64,000 bases of DNA from an uncultured bacterium (GTDB lineage Bacteria > Arandabacterota > Arandabacteria > Arandabacterales > Arandabacteraceae). The translations under genes and the position numbers were made by a program. The stretch spans positions 2,766 to 66,765 of the forward strand of contig CAYHHI010000012.1 in assembly GCA_964356335.1 (NCBI GenBank), read 5' to 3'. Under the pieces are notes generated by a model. That model saw nothing but the letters and a program-made list of their open reading frames with translations, did no database searches and was not told the origin of the DNA. Below are positions 1 through 7,310 of the stretch, one piece after another (the stretch's first letter is position 1; every line of letters begins with the position of its first letter).

Positions 1-410
1 AGACAAAGCACCAACATTCTCCTTACCATGCTAACCTCCTTCCCGATTCCGACGACAGAGGTGTCGTCATGCCCACTGCACGAGCGGCCATCCGTGAAAC
101 CGGCCGCTATTGGCCTATCGCAACTGCCGGATTAGTGAGCCTGAACTTGTATAGCAGTTGCCATAAGCATTCTACGACAACTTCAACAATCGTGCCGATA
201 AGGTATTATGAAGACTCGTCAAAGAGCGTGAATCGCGCTCCTGCTCTCAAAGCGCCGTCATTGTACCAGCTTCGAGCGGACAAAGTCAACCGTTGATTTT
301 GCGACGGTAGTGTATCAATTTGTGTGTAAAAGGTATTGGGGGGGGGTGGCTATAAAGGCACATGGGTGTATCCTCCAGTTCAATGGGCAAGAAAGAAAGG
401 AGGAACACCC

Positions 411-533
411 ATGCACACTCAACTTACGGGGCCCAGTGTACACGAGAAGATCAAGGAATTCTACAAGTTCTTTCCGGACAAGGTGGAGTGTTTGCCGTCA
501 GATGAAAGTGGACTCGAGAGGGGAATAATCTAA
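411..533 (+). CDS. hypothetical small protein (40 aa)
   Basis: ATG at 411 is preceded by an AAAGGAGGAAC Shine-Dalgarno about 6 nt upstream. Product MHTQLTGPSVHEKIKEFYKFFPDKVECLPSDESGLERGII. No family recognised. Followed by a GC hairpin at 545-561. Confidence 0.3.
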   Translation: MHTQLTGPSVHEKIKEFYKFFPDKVECLPSDESGLERGII

Positions 534-692
534 GTTGCACTTTGGAGGCCCATTGGGCCTCAGGAGGGAGCAGCAATGAGTACCCAGGAAAGTCGTAGTG
601 CTGAGAGCGTAGTCAAAGAGATCCGCCGCAAGAGCGTTGACACGTGCTCGAAAGTATGATACTCGTGCGGTATCGGTGGTTGGGCTTTATAC

Positions 693-742
693 GGCAGAGC
701 AGCAGCCCAAAGGCTGTTATCTGGAAACGGCGTGAGCAGTAG
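693..742 (+). repeat. copy A of a ~50-nt dispersed sequence element (second copy at 6522-6572)
   Basis: GGCAGAGCAGCAGCCCAAAGGCTGTTATCTGGA... matches GGCAGAGCAGTAACCTAAAGGCTGTTATCTGGA... at 30 of the first 33 positions. Both copies end in GGCGT..CAGTAG and have the same orientation. Confidence 0.7.
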
Positions 743-832
743 TTTAGGCAGGCTGACCTTGCCTGTCCGCTCAATGAGTCCATGAAGAGAGCGAGAAGCA
801 GACACTCGATTATCTGAAGGGAGTTGGAAAGC

Positions 833-1000
833 ATGCGTCGTCGCGGTCCCATATTCACTGCAATTATGTTCGTTGTCTTCGCCGTCATGTTCTCAGTGGT
901 CTTCTGGCCTGAGGTCTCCGTGGCGGCGAAGCTAGCGTTCTTCGTAGCAGGCATTGGCTGTGGTGCAAGCATCGCACGCTCGGTGCATCGCGGTTCATAG
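833..1000 (+). CDS. hypothetical small membrane protein (55 aa, two predicted TM helices)
   Basis: ATG at 833 with a GAAGGGAG SD-like motif upstream. Product MRRRGPIFTAIMFVVFAVMFSVVFWPEVSVAAKLAFFVAGIGCGASIARSVHRGS has two hydrophobic stretches. Below the 60-aa cutoff of the ORF track. Confidence 0.35.
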   Translation: MRRRGPIFTAIMFVVFAVMFSVVFWPEVSVAAKLAFFVAGIGCGASIARSVHRGS

Positions 1001-1162
1001 GGAGAGTGGGCATAAGACATGCTTGGGCGGGAGCCAGACTATCTGCCTAAGAATCTTATTCAGCCGCCGATCGCCGGTGTCACATAACCTGCAAGGGGGC
1101 CGCCTGCTCGCGGCTGATACGCGGTCCGTTAGGCGGCCAATCCGGTCACACTCGAGGAGCAG

Positions 1163-1495
1163 ATGACGCGCCAGATTGATGTCCATGGTCGGTCCGTTTT
1201 GGAAGCGATGCGCGCATTTGTGGCCTTCTACAACGACTGTCTGAGGAGTGGGTACCGTGGGGGGATCGAGGTGATCCACGGGTACGGATCATCCGGTACT
1301 GGTGGCGTCATACTTCAAGAATTGCGCAACTACTTGGCAGCCAACGCAGGTAGGCTTGAGAGCTTCATTCAAGGGGAGTCCGTCGGGAACCTGGGTGTCA
1401 CAATCGTCTATCCGAAGAGGATTCTGCCCCAGTGGCGAACTACACGCGACATACAGGCCAAAAGAGCGTCACCCAGCCGCCCGAGTGGGGGGTGA
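1163..1495 (+). CDS. stand-alone Smr (small MutS-related) domain protein
   Basis: IDVHGRSVLEAMRAF...IEVIHGYGSSGTGGVILQELRNYL...GVTIVYP matches the Smr pattern (DLHG ... IIHGKG ... L). GAGGAG SD lies before the ATG. Confidence 0.8.
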   Translation: MTRQIDVHGRSVLEAMRAFVAFYNDCLRSGYRGGIEVIHGYGSSGTGGVILQELRNYLAANAGRLESFIQGESVGNLGVTIVYPKRILPQWRTTRDIQAKRASPSRPSGG

Positions 1496-1690
1496 AATGA
1501 TCAGGACAAGGGGCGGCCCGTCACCGATTGTCCTTGCATTCTCACCCGGCGGGCTGATCGGATCGCCTGCCTCCCGACCCGGGCTGCGCCTGAAGCTGTT
1601 CGCGTGTGGGTGTGCCGCGGCGTCACGGCCCTTGCAGTGGCAAGTGCCGCGCCCTCACCCGCGTCTGCATCTCAAGCACCCGGCTCCTTG

Positions 1691-1719
1691 TTGACGACTT
1701 CGATCTGCCAGCGTACAAT
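1691..1719 (+). promoter_or_regulatory. sigma70-type promoter candidate for the methyltransferase gene
   Basis: TTGACG (1691-1696), exact 17-nt spacer, TACAAT (1714-1719), 27 nt upstream of the ATG at 1746. A perfect 7-bp inverted repeat GACGACT (1693-1699) / AGTCGTC (1723-1729) brackets the -10. Confidence 0.5.
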
Positions 1720-1745
1720 CACAGTCGTCGGGGAGACAGAGTCTC

Positions 1746-2681
1746 ATGTCTGAGGATACCGAGAACATCGATTGGTCGACACCGTGCTGGAAGGAAATGC
1801 TGGTCTACCAGCGCAAGGCGATCTGGCACAAGGATACCCTGGACAGGATGGCCGCATGGCTGGGTTTCAAGCCCGGGATCACGCTGGCTGACGTAGGCTG
1901 CGGGCTAGGCTATCTGGGCTATACTTACTGGCCGTACTTCGGTCAAGGGGGACGGTACTACGGCGTCGATGCATCGCCTGCGCTGATTCTGGATGCGGCG
2001 AATGCGGCAAAGGGCTGGGCAACAGGAGGCGAATTCCAGTTTGCCGCTGGCGACGCATACCGCCTCCCGCTTCCCGAGGGTCTCGCCGATGTCACGACGT
2101 GCCAGACCCTGCTGATCCACTTGGACGAACCGGAACGAGCCTTGGCCGAGATGGTGCGCGTGACCAAACCGGGCGGCCTGATTGTGTGCCACGAGCCCGA
2201 TAATGTCTCACGGAGAGTAGGGGGACTGTATTCCTCACTGCCCCAACTTGACATTGAAGATCATCTCCTGGTAGCGAAGGTATCCCTCATCTGCAACAAG
2301 GGACGGATAGCGTTGGGCCTGGGAGACAACAGTTTCGGTGGCAAAGTCCCCCATCTGATGAAGAGACTGGACCTCACCGATATCCAGATCCGGAACAATG
2401 ACAAGGTTGCCTTCCTGGAACCGCCCTACGAGAACCCTAACCAGGCAATCCTGCTCGAGAAGATCAAGAAGCAGTTCTTTGACACCGAGAGGCAAGAGGT
2501 CATGAGGAATCGGGAGAGGAAGGAGTTTCTTGCCAGAGGCGGCGACCTAAAGGAATACGAACGGTATCTGGAAATTGACAACAGAGCCCTGGCCGTGATG
2601 CGGCGACAGATCGCAGATGGAGAGTACTTCATGTGCACGGCACAGGACTTCTATGTGGTGAAGGGCACGAAGCCCGCATAG
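1746..2681 (+). CDS. class I SAM-dependent methyltransferase with a helical C-terminal extension
   Basis: Motif I LADVGCGLGYLG, post-I YYGVD, and motif III-like VKPGGLIV. 311 aa. Confidence 0.85.
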   Translation: MSEDTENIDWSTPCWKEMLVYQRKAIWHKDTLDRMAAWLGFKPGITLADVGCGLGYLGYTYWPYFGQGGRYYGVDASPALILDAANAAKGWATGGEFQFAAGDAYRLPLPEGLADVTTCQTLLIHLDEPERALAEMVRVTKPGGLIVCHEPDNVSRRVGGLYSSLPQLDIEDHLLVAKVSLICNKGRIALGLGDNSFGGKVPHLMKRLDLTDIQIRNNDKVAFLEPPYENPNQAILLEKIKKQFFDTERQEVMRNRERKEFLARGGDLKEYERYLEIDNRALAVMRRQIADGEYFMCTAQDFYVVKGTKPA

Positions 2682-2788
2682 CAGCCCCGATTATGCGAAA
2701 ACGGCCCTATACGGGCGACCGCCCGAGATAGGACCTCTGGCTACGGCCGAGCCGCGCTCCCATGGAAGACCCTTGAGTCTCAATAGGT

Positions 2789-2984
2789 TCAGGGGCTTCT
2801 TCTTTCTGCGATGATTCCTAGGAAGGCGATCTTGCCAACACTCTCAGGAACAACCATCTCATCGAAGCGCTCTCCACTATCTCCACCGGCCTCGGGTAAC
2901 AGGCGTCTATAACGAGCAAGAACAGTTTGAATGGAGGCATGGCCCCATCTGATACCGAACGAGCTTCAGATTCGCTCCGTGCGT
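2789..2984 (-). pseudogene. C-terminal remnant of a tyrosine recombinase/integrase (frameshifted, 5'-truncated)
   Basis: The minus strand reads GANLKLVRYQMG. After a 1-nt frame change near 2945 it reads HASIQTVLARYRRLLPE...* (stop at 2789-2791). Joined, this is the box II signature LGH.si.tt..Y of tyrosine recombinases. No upstream catalytic domain is present. Confidence 0.5.
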
Positions 2985-2985
2985 G

Positions 2986-3096
2986 TCAGGGGGTTCTTTT
3001 CGCTTGCTTCGCCATCTTCCCCTTTGCTTTGTTCTCCTGTTCCTTTGTCCTCTGTTTCTGACCCTTGTCCTTAGCCTTCTTGCCTTTGTCTCCCAT
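2986..3096 (-). CDS. hypothetical Lys-rich small protein (36 aa)
   Basis: AAGGAGG SD lies 6 nt before the ATG at 3096. Product MGDKGKKAKDKGQKQRTKEQENKAKGKMAKQAKRTP. An in-frame upstream ATG at 3126 is possible. Low-complexity sequence, so coding status is uncertain. Confidence 0.3.
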   Translation of the reverse strand: MGDKGKKAKDKGQKQRTKEQENKAKGKMAKQAKRTP

Positions 3097-3514
3097 TGCG
3101 TCCCTCCTTTTCCCTTTGTCCCTCATTGTGCGTCGTCAAAAAGCCTGGACTCGCACGAGTTCGATTCTAATCTACCGTTTCTAACCTGGCAAGCTCTTCC
3201 TATCACGCCACCCATCCCGGGCTAGATCAGCGGGGTCCAGGTAGCAACCGTCACAGGACTGACAGTGGCAGGAAAGTGACGGATTCTGGAGAAAGGGATT
3301 CAGGGCGACCTCTGATGCCTATTGGGGATTCCCCTTCAAGAAGCCCCCGATTTTCCCAGGGTTTTTAGAACGAGGGCTTATTCCGAGGCAAGCTCAAACC
3401 GCCGACGAGTTGCAGTACAGGCGCACTCCTCACAACCCAGTGTCCGTCGTCCTCAGCCAATTCGCATCGGGGTTAGGGCCCCTTTCCCCAATGCGATGCC
3501 GCAAGCCAGAAGGG

Positions 3515-4024
3515 TTACCGGAACATGCTCTTAATCGCCCCCCAGCTCCCGGACTGAGCCGATGATTTCCCCTCGAGTTGAGCTGGTGCACCACAACGCA
3601 AGCGACCAGGCGCCGCGATGCCGAAACTCTTAAGCATCTGATGGACACTAGCACGGATCTCTTCTCTCGAAGCACCCTTCTGCTCCATCTGCTTCACCAT
3701 GTCCTGCACGGCTGTCCGCTGCTCTTCGCTGAGCTGGCCAAAGTGTCCAGCCCTCCCATGGTCGCCGCTAGAACCCTCAGGCACATTGTAGCCGAAGGCT
3801 TCGAGCATCTGGCGGCGGGTAGCACGGAGATCCTCTCCTGAGGCACCGGCCTTTCTCATCTCGCCGAGCTTATCTCGGATTGCTGTCCTCTGTTCTTCCG
3901 TCAAGTTGCAACCAAACCGAGAATCTGCACGCTGCCGGTCACCCACTCCCGCATACGTAACGGACGTAGCAATCGCTGCGGCTACGATCACCACAGTCAC
4001 AGCTACCACTAAGTGGATTCGCAT
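3515..4024 (-). CDS. periplasmic Spy/CpxP/ZraP-like LTXXQ-motif protein
   Basis: Start taken at MRIHLVVAVTVVIVAAAIATSVTYA (signal/anchor), preceded by AAGGAGGTGA. Two internal ~45-aa repeats each begin with LTEEQRTAI / LSEEQRTAV (LTXXQ motif). Confidence 0.75.
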   Translation of the reverse strand: MRIHLVVAVTVVIVAAAIATSVTYAGVGDRQRADSRFGCNLTEEQRTAIRDKLGEMRKAGASGEDLRATRRQMLEAFGYNVPEGSSGDHGRAGHFGQLSEEQRTAVQDMVKQMEQKGASREEIRASVHQMLKSFGIAAPGRLRCGAPAQLEGKSSAQSGSWGAIKSMFR

Positions 4025-4574
4025 CCTTGTCACCTCCTTTCCCCTCTTGGTGTCTTCACAAGGATTGGACAACAGGTCACCTGACTATATTCCCGATTTC
4101 GACCAAACAATCGCATCCATGCGCCATCCACGAAAGTGAGCTCGCATGGGGTCGATCATAGGCTCCACCCTCCAACCCTGCAAGTGCTTCCTATCATTTA
4201 CTATTAGGCCATATGTCCGGTGAGTGGTTCTTGATCACTTTCTCATCCTCTGCTCCCGAGACCTCTTTGAGCCTTTTTCGACTCTTTGACGCGGCCGGTC
4301 TTCGAATCGGCTTCACCAGAGTCTTTGGGAACGACGATCTCACCCGCGGTTGAACCTGGGAATCCCCCCTCTTTGAGGACCATCATCACCGAACAATGGC
4401 GAGGTATCTGATTGACAATGCGAGCATGCGGTGGTACCATCCTTGACATGCAGATTGTGAGGCCGCATGGCTCAGGGCTGTATCAGGCTTCATGCAAAGT
4501 AGTAGCTGGACTGATTCGAACTAGTCTTGTTTCGTTGCCCACGGACATTATGCCCAATCCAGAGGAGGGAAACC

Positions 4575-6428
4575 ATGTTTAGATGGACGCTCGCTACCGT
4601 GTCGATTCTCATCCTGGGTTTGCTGGCTCTCAATCATGCGGCTGCAGATGTCATGTTCGTCTCTGGAGATGTCTCTGGAACATGGTCGGCTGACACCGTA
4701 ATGGTAACCGACGAGGTGCGAGTGCCGCCTGGTGACACTCTTATCATTGAGCCTGGTGTCAAGGTTCTCTTCTGGGCATACTGCAAACTCATCGTGGATG
4801 AGGCGGCAGTTTTACATGCTGTAGGAACTCAAAGCGACTCCATCCTGTTTGATGAATACTGGGCGGGAAACCGTTGGCGTGGCATACGCTTCCTTGGCAC
4901 CTCTGATGCATGCAGCCTGGCCTATTGCCATCTGAAACATGGGTGGGCTGCCGGAAGCGCCCAGGACGCCCATGGCGGTGGAGTCTACATTTCAAGGTGC
5001 AATCCTACCGTTACACACTGTCTGATTGACAGTTGCTCTGCTTCCCTCGCGGGTGCGGTTTACTGCGATTACTCCGATGCCAAGATCACTGCCAACGTGA
5101 TCACTAAGAACTCCGCCGGCTACGGCGGCGGCATCTGCTGCTACTCCTCAAACCCTGACATAACCAGCAATACCATCTCTTCAAACTCCGCCAGCAACTA
5201 CGGCGGCGGCATCTACTGCTCCTACTACTCAAACCCTAACATAACCGGCAATACCATCGCTTCAAACACCACCATCTACGGCGGCGGCATCGCCTGCTGG
5301 GACTACTCAAACCCTAACATAACCAGCAATACCATCTCTTCAAACTCCGCCCTCCACGGCGGCGGCATCTCCTGCTACTACTCAAACCCTGACATAACCA
5401 GCAATACCATCGCTTCAAACTCCCCCGCCACCGACGGCGGCGGCATCTACTGCTACTACTCAAACCCTAACATAACCAGCAATACCATCTCTTCAAACTC
5501 CGCCAGCTACGGCGGCGGCATCTACTGCTCCTACTCAAATCCTAGCATAACCAGCAATACCATCTCTTCAAACTCCGCCAGCAACGGCTATGGCGGCGGC
5601 ATCCACTGCTACTCCTCAAATCCTAGCATAACCAGCAATACCATCTCTTCGAACTCCGCCACCTACGGCGGCGGTATCTACTTTGGAGCGTCTCCTAGCG
5701 TCCAGTCAGAGCACAATGAGATCAGTTGTAACTTCGCGGGGGAGAGTGGCGGCGGCATTTATTTGAGCTCATCCAGTGCGTCTCTTACCAACGAGACTAT
5801 AGCTTACAACCGTGCCGGCCTTGGAGGCGGCATATATTGCACGGGCTCAAGCCCTGTCGTAAAGAATGCAATCCTCTGGGGCAACGCCGGTCTTCAGATC
5901 TACCAGACTTCAGGAAGCAACACACAAGCAACGTATTCAGACATAGCGCAGTTATGGCCCGGTGGGGGCAATATTAACCAGGACCCGATGTTCGTAAGCC
6001 CAGACTGCGCAGGAGATTACCATTTGCAGCCTTCCTCTCCGTGCATTGATGCTGGTGACCCGAATCCAGTTTACAACGATCCTGACGGTACGCGTGCGGA
6101 CATGGGTTGCTATTACTTTGATCAACTCGCATCCATCCCTCAACGGCCTGAAGTCCCAACTACTATTACGGCCGTGCTTCATAATGCCCAGCCGAACCCA
6201 TTCAGTTCGTCAACTGTTGTAAAGTTCTCTCTTCCTGAACCTGGGGATGTTGAGATTGAGATCATAGATGTCTCGGGTAGCATTGTCGCCACTCTTGTTG
6301 ATGGTTGGAGAAATGCCGGCTTCCAGGAGGCGGTCTTCGCCTGCCCAGACTTGGCCCCCGGCGTATACTTCTGCCATCTCAAGGCTGGTGACCAGGTGGC
6401 TGTTAGTAAGATTGTAAAAGTGAGATGA
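4575..6428 (+). CDS. secreted right-handed beta-helix repeat protein with T9SS-type C-terminal sorting domain
   Basis: GAGGAGGGA SD before ATG 4575 and signal peptide MFRWTLATVSILILGLLALNHAAA. About 8 copies of a 25-27 aa repeat ITSNTISSNSAS.YGGGIYCYYSNPN (PbH1-like). The C-terminus NPFSSSTVVKFSLPEPGDVEIEIIDVSGSIVATL...GVYFCHLKAG...KIVKVR resembles the FlgD-Ig/T9SS CTD. Confidence 0.85.
   Translation: MFRWTLATVSILILGLLALNHAAADVMFVSGDVSGTWSADTVMVTDEVRVPPGDTLIIEPGVKVLFWAYCKLIVDEAAVLHAVGTQSDSILFDEYWAGNRWRGIRFLGTSDACSLAYCHLKHGWAAGSAQDAHGGGVYISRCNPTVTHCLIDSCSASLAGAVYCDYSDAKITANVITKNSAGYGGGICCYSSNPDITSNTISSNSASNYGGGIYCSYYSNPNITGNTIASNTTIYGGGIACWDYSNPNITSNTISSNSALHGGGISCYYSNPDITSNTIASNSPATDGGGIYCYYSNPNITSNTISSNSASYGGGIYCSYSNPSITSNTISSNSASNGYGGGIHCYSSNPSITSNTISSNSATYGGGIYFGASPSVQSEHNEISCNFAGESGGGIYLSSSSASLTNETIAYNRAGLGGGIYCTGSSPVVKNAILWGNAGLQIYQTSGSNTQATYSDIAQLWPGGGNINQDPMFVSPDCAGDYHLQPSSPCIDAGDPNPVYNDPDGTRADMGCYYFDQLASIPQRPEVPTTITAVLHNAQPNPFSSSTVVKFSLPEPGDVEIEIIDVSGSIVATLVDGWRNAGFQEAVFACPDLAPGVYFCHLKAGDQVAVSKIVKVR
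5086..5700 (+). repeat. in-frame tandem repeat array (units of 75-81 bp, about 8 copies) inside the beta-helix gene
   Basis: Long stretches are identical between units, e.g. AACCCTAACATAACCAGCAATACCATCTCTTCAAACTCCGCCAGC...TACGGCGGCGGCATCTACTGC recurring at about 5230, 5310, 5390, 5465, 5540 and 5620. Confidence 0.9.
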
Positions 6429-6482
6429 AAACTCGCGGTAGTTAAGATTTGATCTGACAAGTGTACTGCCAGAGGCTTCAGA

Positions 6483-6503
6483 CTATGGTACCCATAGTGT
6501 TTC
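6483..6503 (+). terminator. weak hairpin downstream of the beta-helix gene
   Basis: CTATGG-TAC-CCATAG followed by TGTTTC. The stem is short and AT-containing, so support is low. Confidence 0.25.
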
Positions 6504-6521
6504 AGTCGTAGAGTATTGTGT

Positions 6522-6572
6522 GGCAGAGCAGTAACCTAAAGGCTGTTATCTGGAGCTCAATGGCGTCAGTAG
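6522..6572 (+). repeat. copy B of the ~50-nt dispersed element (first copy at 693-742)
   Basis: Same 10-mer GGCAGAGCAG and 17-mer AAAGGCTGTTATCTGGA as copy A, in the same order. It overlaps the SD and start codon of the AlkA-like gene. Confidence 0.7.
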
Positions 6573-7273
6573 AAACACATCCGTTGACCCACCTTCCTCG
6601 GGCTCTCACCCGTGCCTCTCTCAGCCAAGGTGCCTGGGCGCTGGGGGCCCAGGACCCCGATCTCGCCCGTATCCTCGATCAGTTAGGCGAACCTCCCCTC
6701 TGGGGACGCCGCCCCGGCTTCCCTGCCCTTGTCCGGATCATCCTTGAGCAGCAGGTGTCGCTGGCCGCCGCGCGCACGATGTATCGCCGGCTCTACTGCC
6801 ATCTCGGAGGTATGACTGTTGAGGGCATCTACGCGCTGAAGGTGGCTGGGTTGCGGGATCTTGGCCTGACCAGACAGAAGGCCGACTACTGTCATGGGCT
6901 TGCCGCGCGAGTCCTCAATGGAAGCCTCGATCTCGCTGCGACGGCTCGTCTCCCTGATGATGTCGGCCGTCTGACCCTCTTGGCCGTTCCGGGACTCGGG
7001 CCTTGGAGCGTTGACATCTACTACCTCATGGCCCTACGGCGTCCCGACGTGTGGCCCCAGGGCGACTTGGCTCTGGCCGCTGCACTCTGCGAAGTCAAGC
7101 GCATGGATGCTCTTCCAACGAAAGAAGACCAGCAGGGCTTGACGAGCGGGTGGGCCCCTTGGCGCTCCGTCGCAGCACGGATGTTGTGGGCGCACTACTT
7201 GGCAGCTCGTGGGCAATACTCGCCTCAACCAGATAACAAGCGCGTCCAGCAGACTCGCTCCGCTCGCAGCTGA
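6560..7273 (+). CDS. DNA-3-methyladenine glycosylase II (AlkA-like, HhH-GPD superfamily)
   Basis: LVRIILEQQVSLAAARTMYRRL, the HhH element LLAVPGLGPWSVDIYYL, and an Asp in WPQGDLAL. Start chosen at MASVETHPL (GGAG 6 nt upstream) rather than the GTG at 6518. Confidence 0.8.
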   Translation: MASVETHPLTHLPRALTRASLSQGAWALGAQDPDLARILDQLGEPPLWGRRPGFPALVRIILEQQVSLAAARTMYRRLYCHLGGMTVEGIYALKVAGLRDLGLTRQKADYCHGLAARVLNGSLDLAATARLPDDVGRLTLLAVPGLGPWSVDIYYLMALRRPDVWPQGDLALAAALCEVKRMDALPTKEDQQGLTSGWAPWRSVAARMLWAHYLAARGQYSPQPDNKRVQQTRSARS

Positions 7274-7310
7274 TGAGCACCACTTCGGCCAATTGCAGCG
7301 CGAATCTACA

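Noticed and set aside
1-29. Possible start of a leftward gene (GGAAGGAGG SD, ATG at 27-29, MVRRMLVLC...)
   Set aside because: Only 9 codons lie inside the window, which is too little to support a feature call.
576-659. 27-codon ORF whose start (MSTQESRSAESVVKEIRRKS) is reminiscent of IS3-family OrfA N-termini
   Set aside because: The resemblance rests on memory of a short basic motif only. The frame stops after 27 codons and no transposase body or inverted repeats follow. It is mentioned as context, not called as a mobile element.
2983-3225. 80-aa plus-strand ORF (MSGGSFRLLRHLPLCFVLLFLCPLF...). Also the ORFs 1302-1694, 1606-1896 and 3322-3534.
   Set aside because: The first translates the pyrimidine-rich strand opposite the Lys-rich mini-ORF. 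The others lie in intergenic DNA with Arg/Pro-rich translations and no SD. None has a motif.
4243-4449. 68-aa minus-strand ORF in the gap between the CpxP-like and beta-helix genes
   Set aside because: No Shine-Dalgarno precedes either candidate ATG, no motif was recognised, and the composition is unremarkable. Left unannotated.
4895-4910. sigma54-like TGGCAC-N6-ATGCA (GG-N10-GC spacing)
   Set aside because: It lies inside the coding region of the beta-helix gene and the -12 element is ATGC rather than TTGC. No gene start is downstream.
5086-5700. Possible CRISPR array suggested by regularly spaced repeats
   Set aside because: The repeats are contiguous with no unique spacers. They are in frame within a signal-peptide-bearing ORF and encode a beta-helix repeat. 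No cas genes are present.
693-6572. Idea that the two ~50-nt repeat copies are integron attC sites bounding gene cassettes, given the nearby integrase remnant and small same-strand ORFs
   Set aside because: No RYYYAAC/GTTRRRY core sites or the extended imperfect palindrome typical of attC are visible. The integrase fragment shows only generic box II, and the intervening genes include minus-strand ones.
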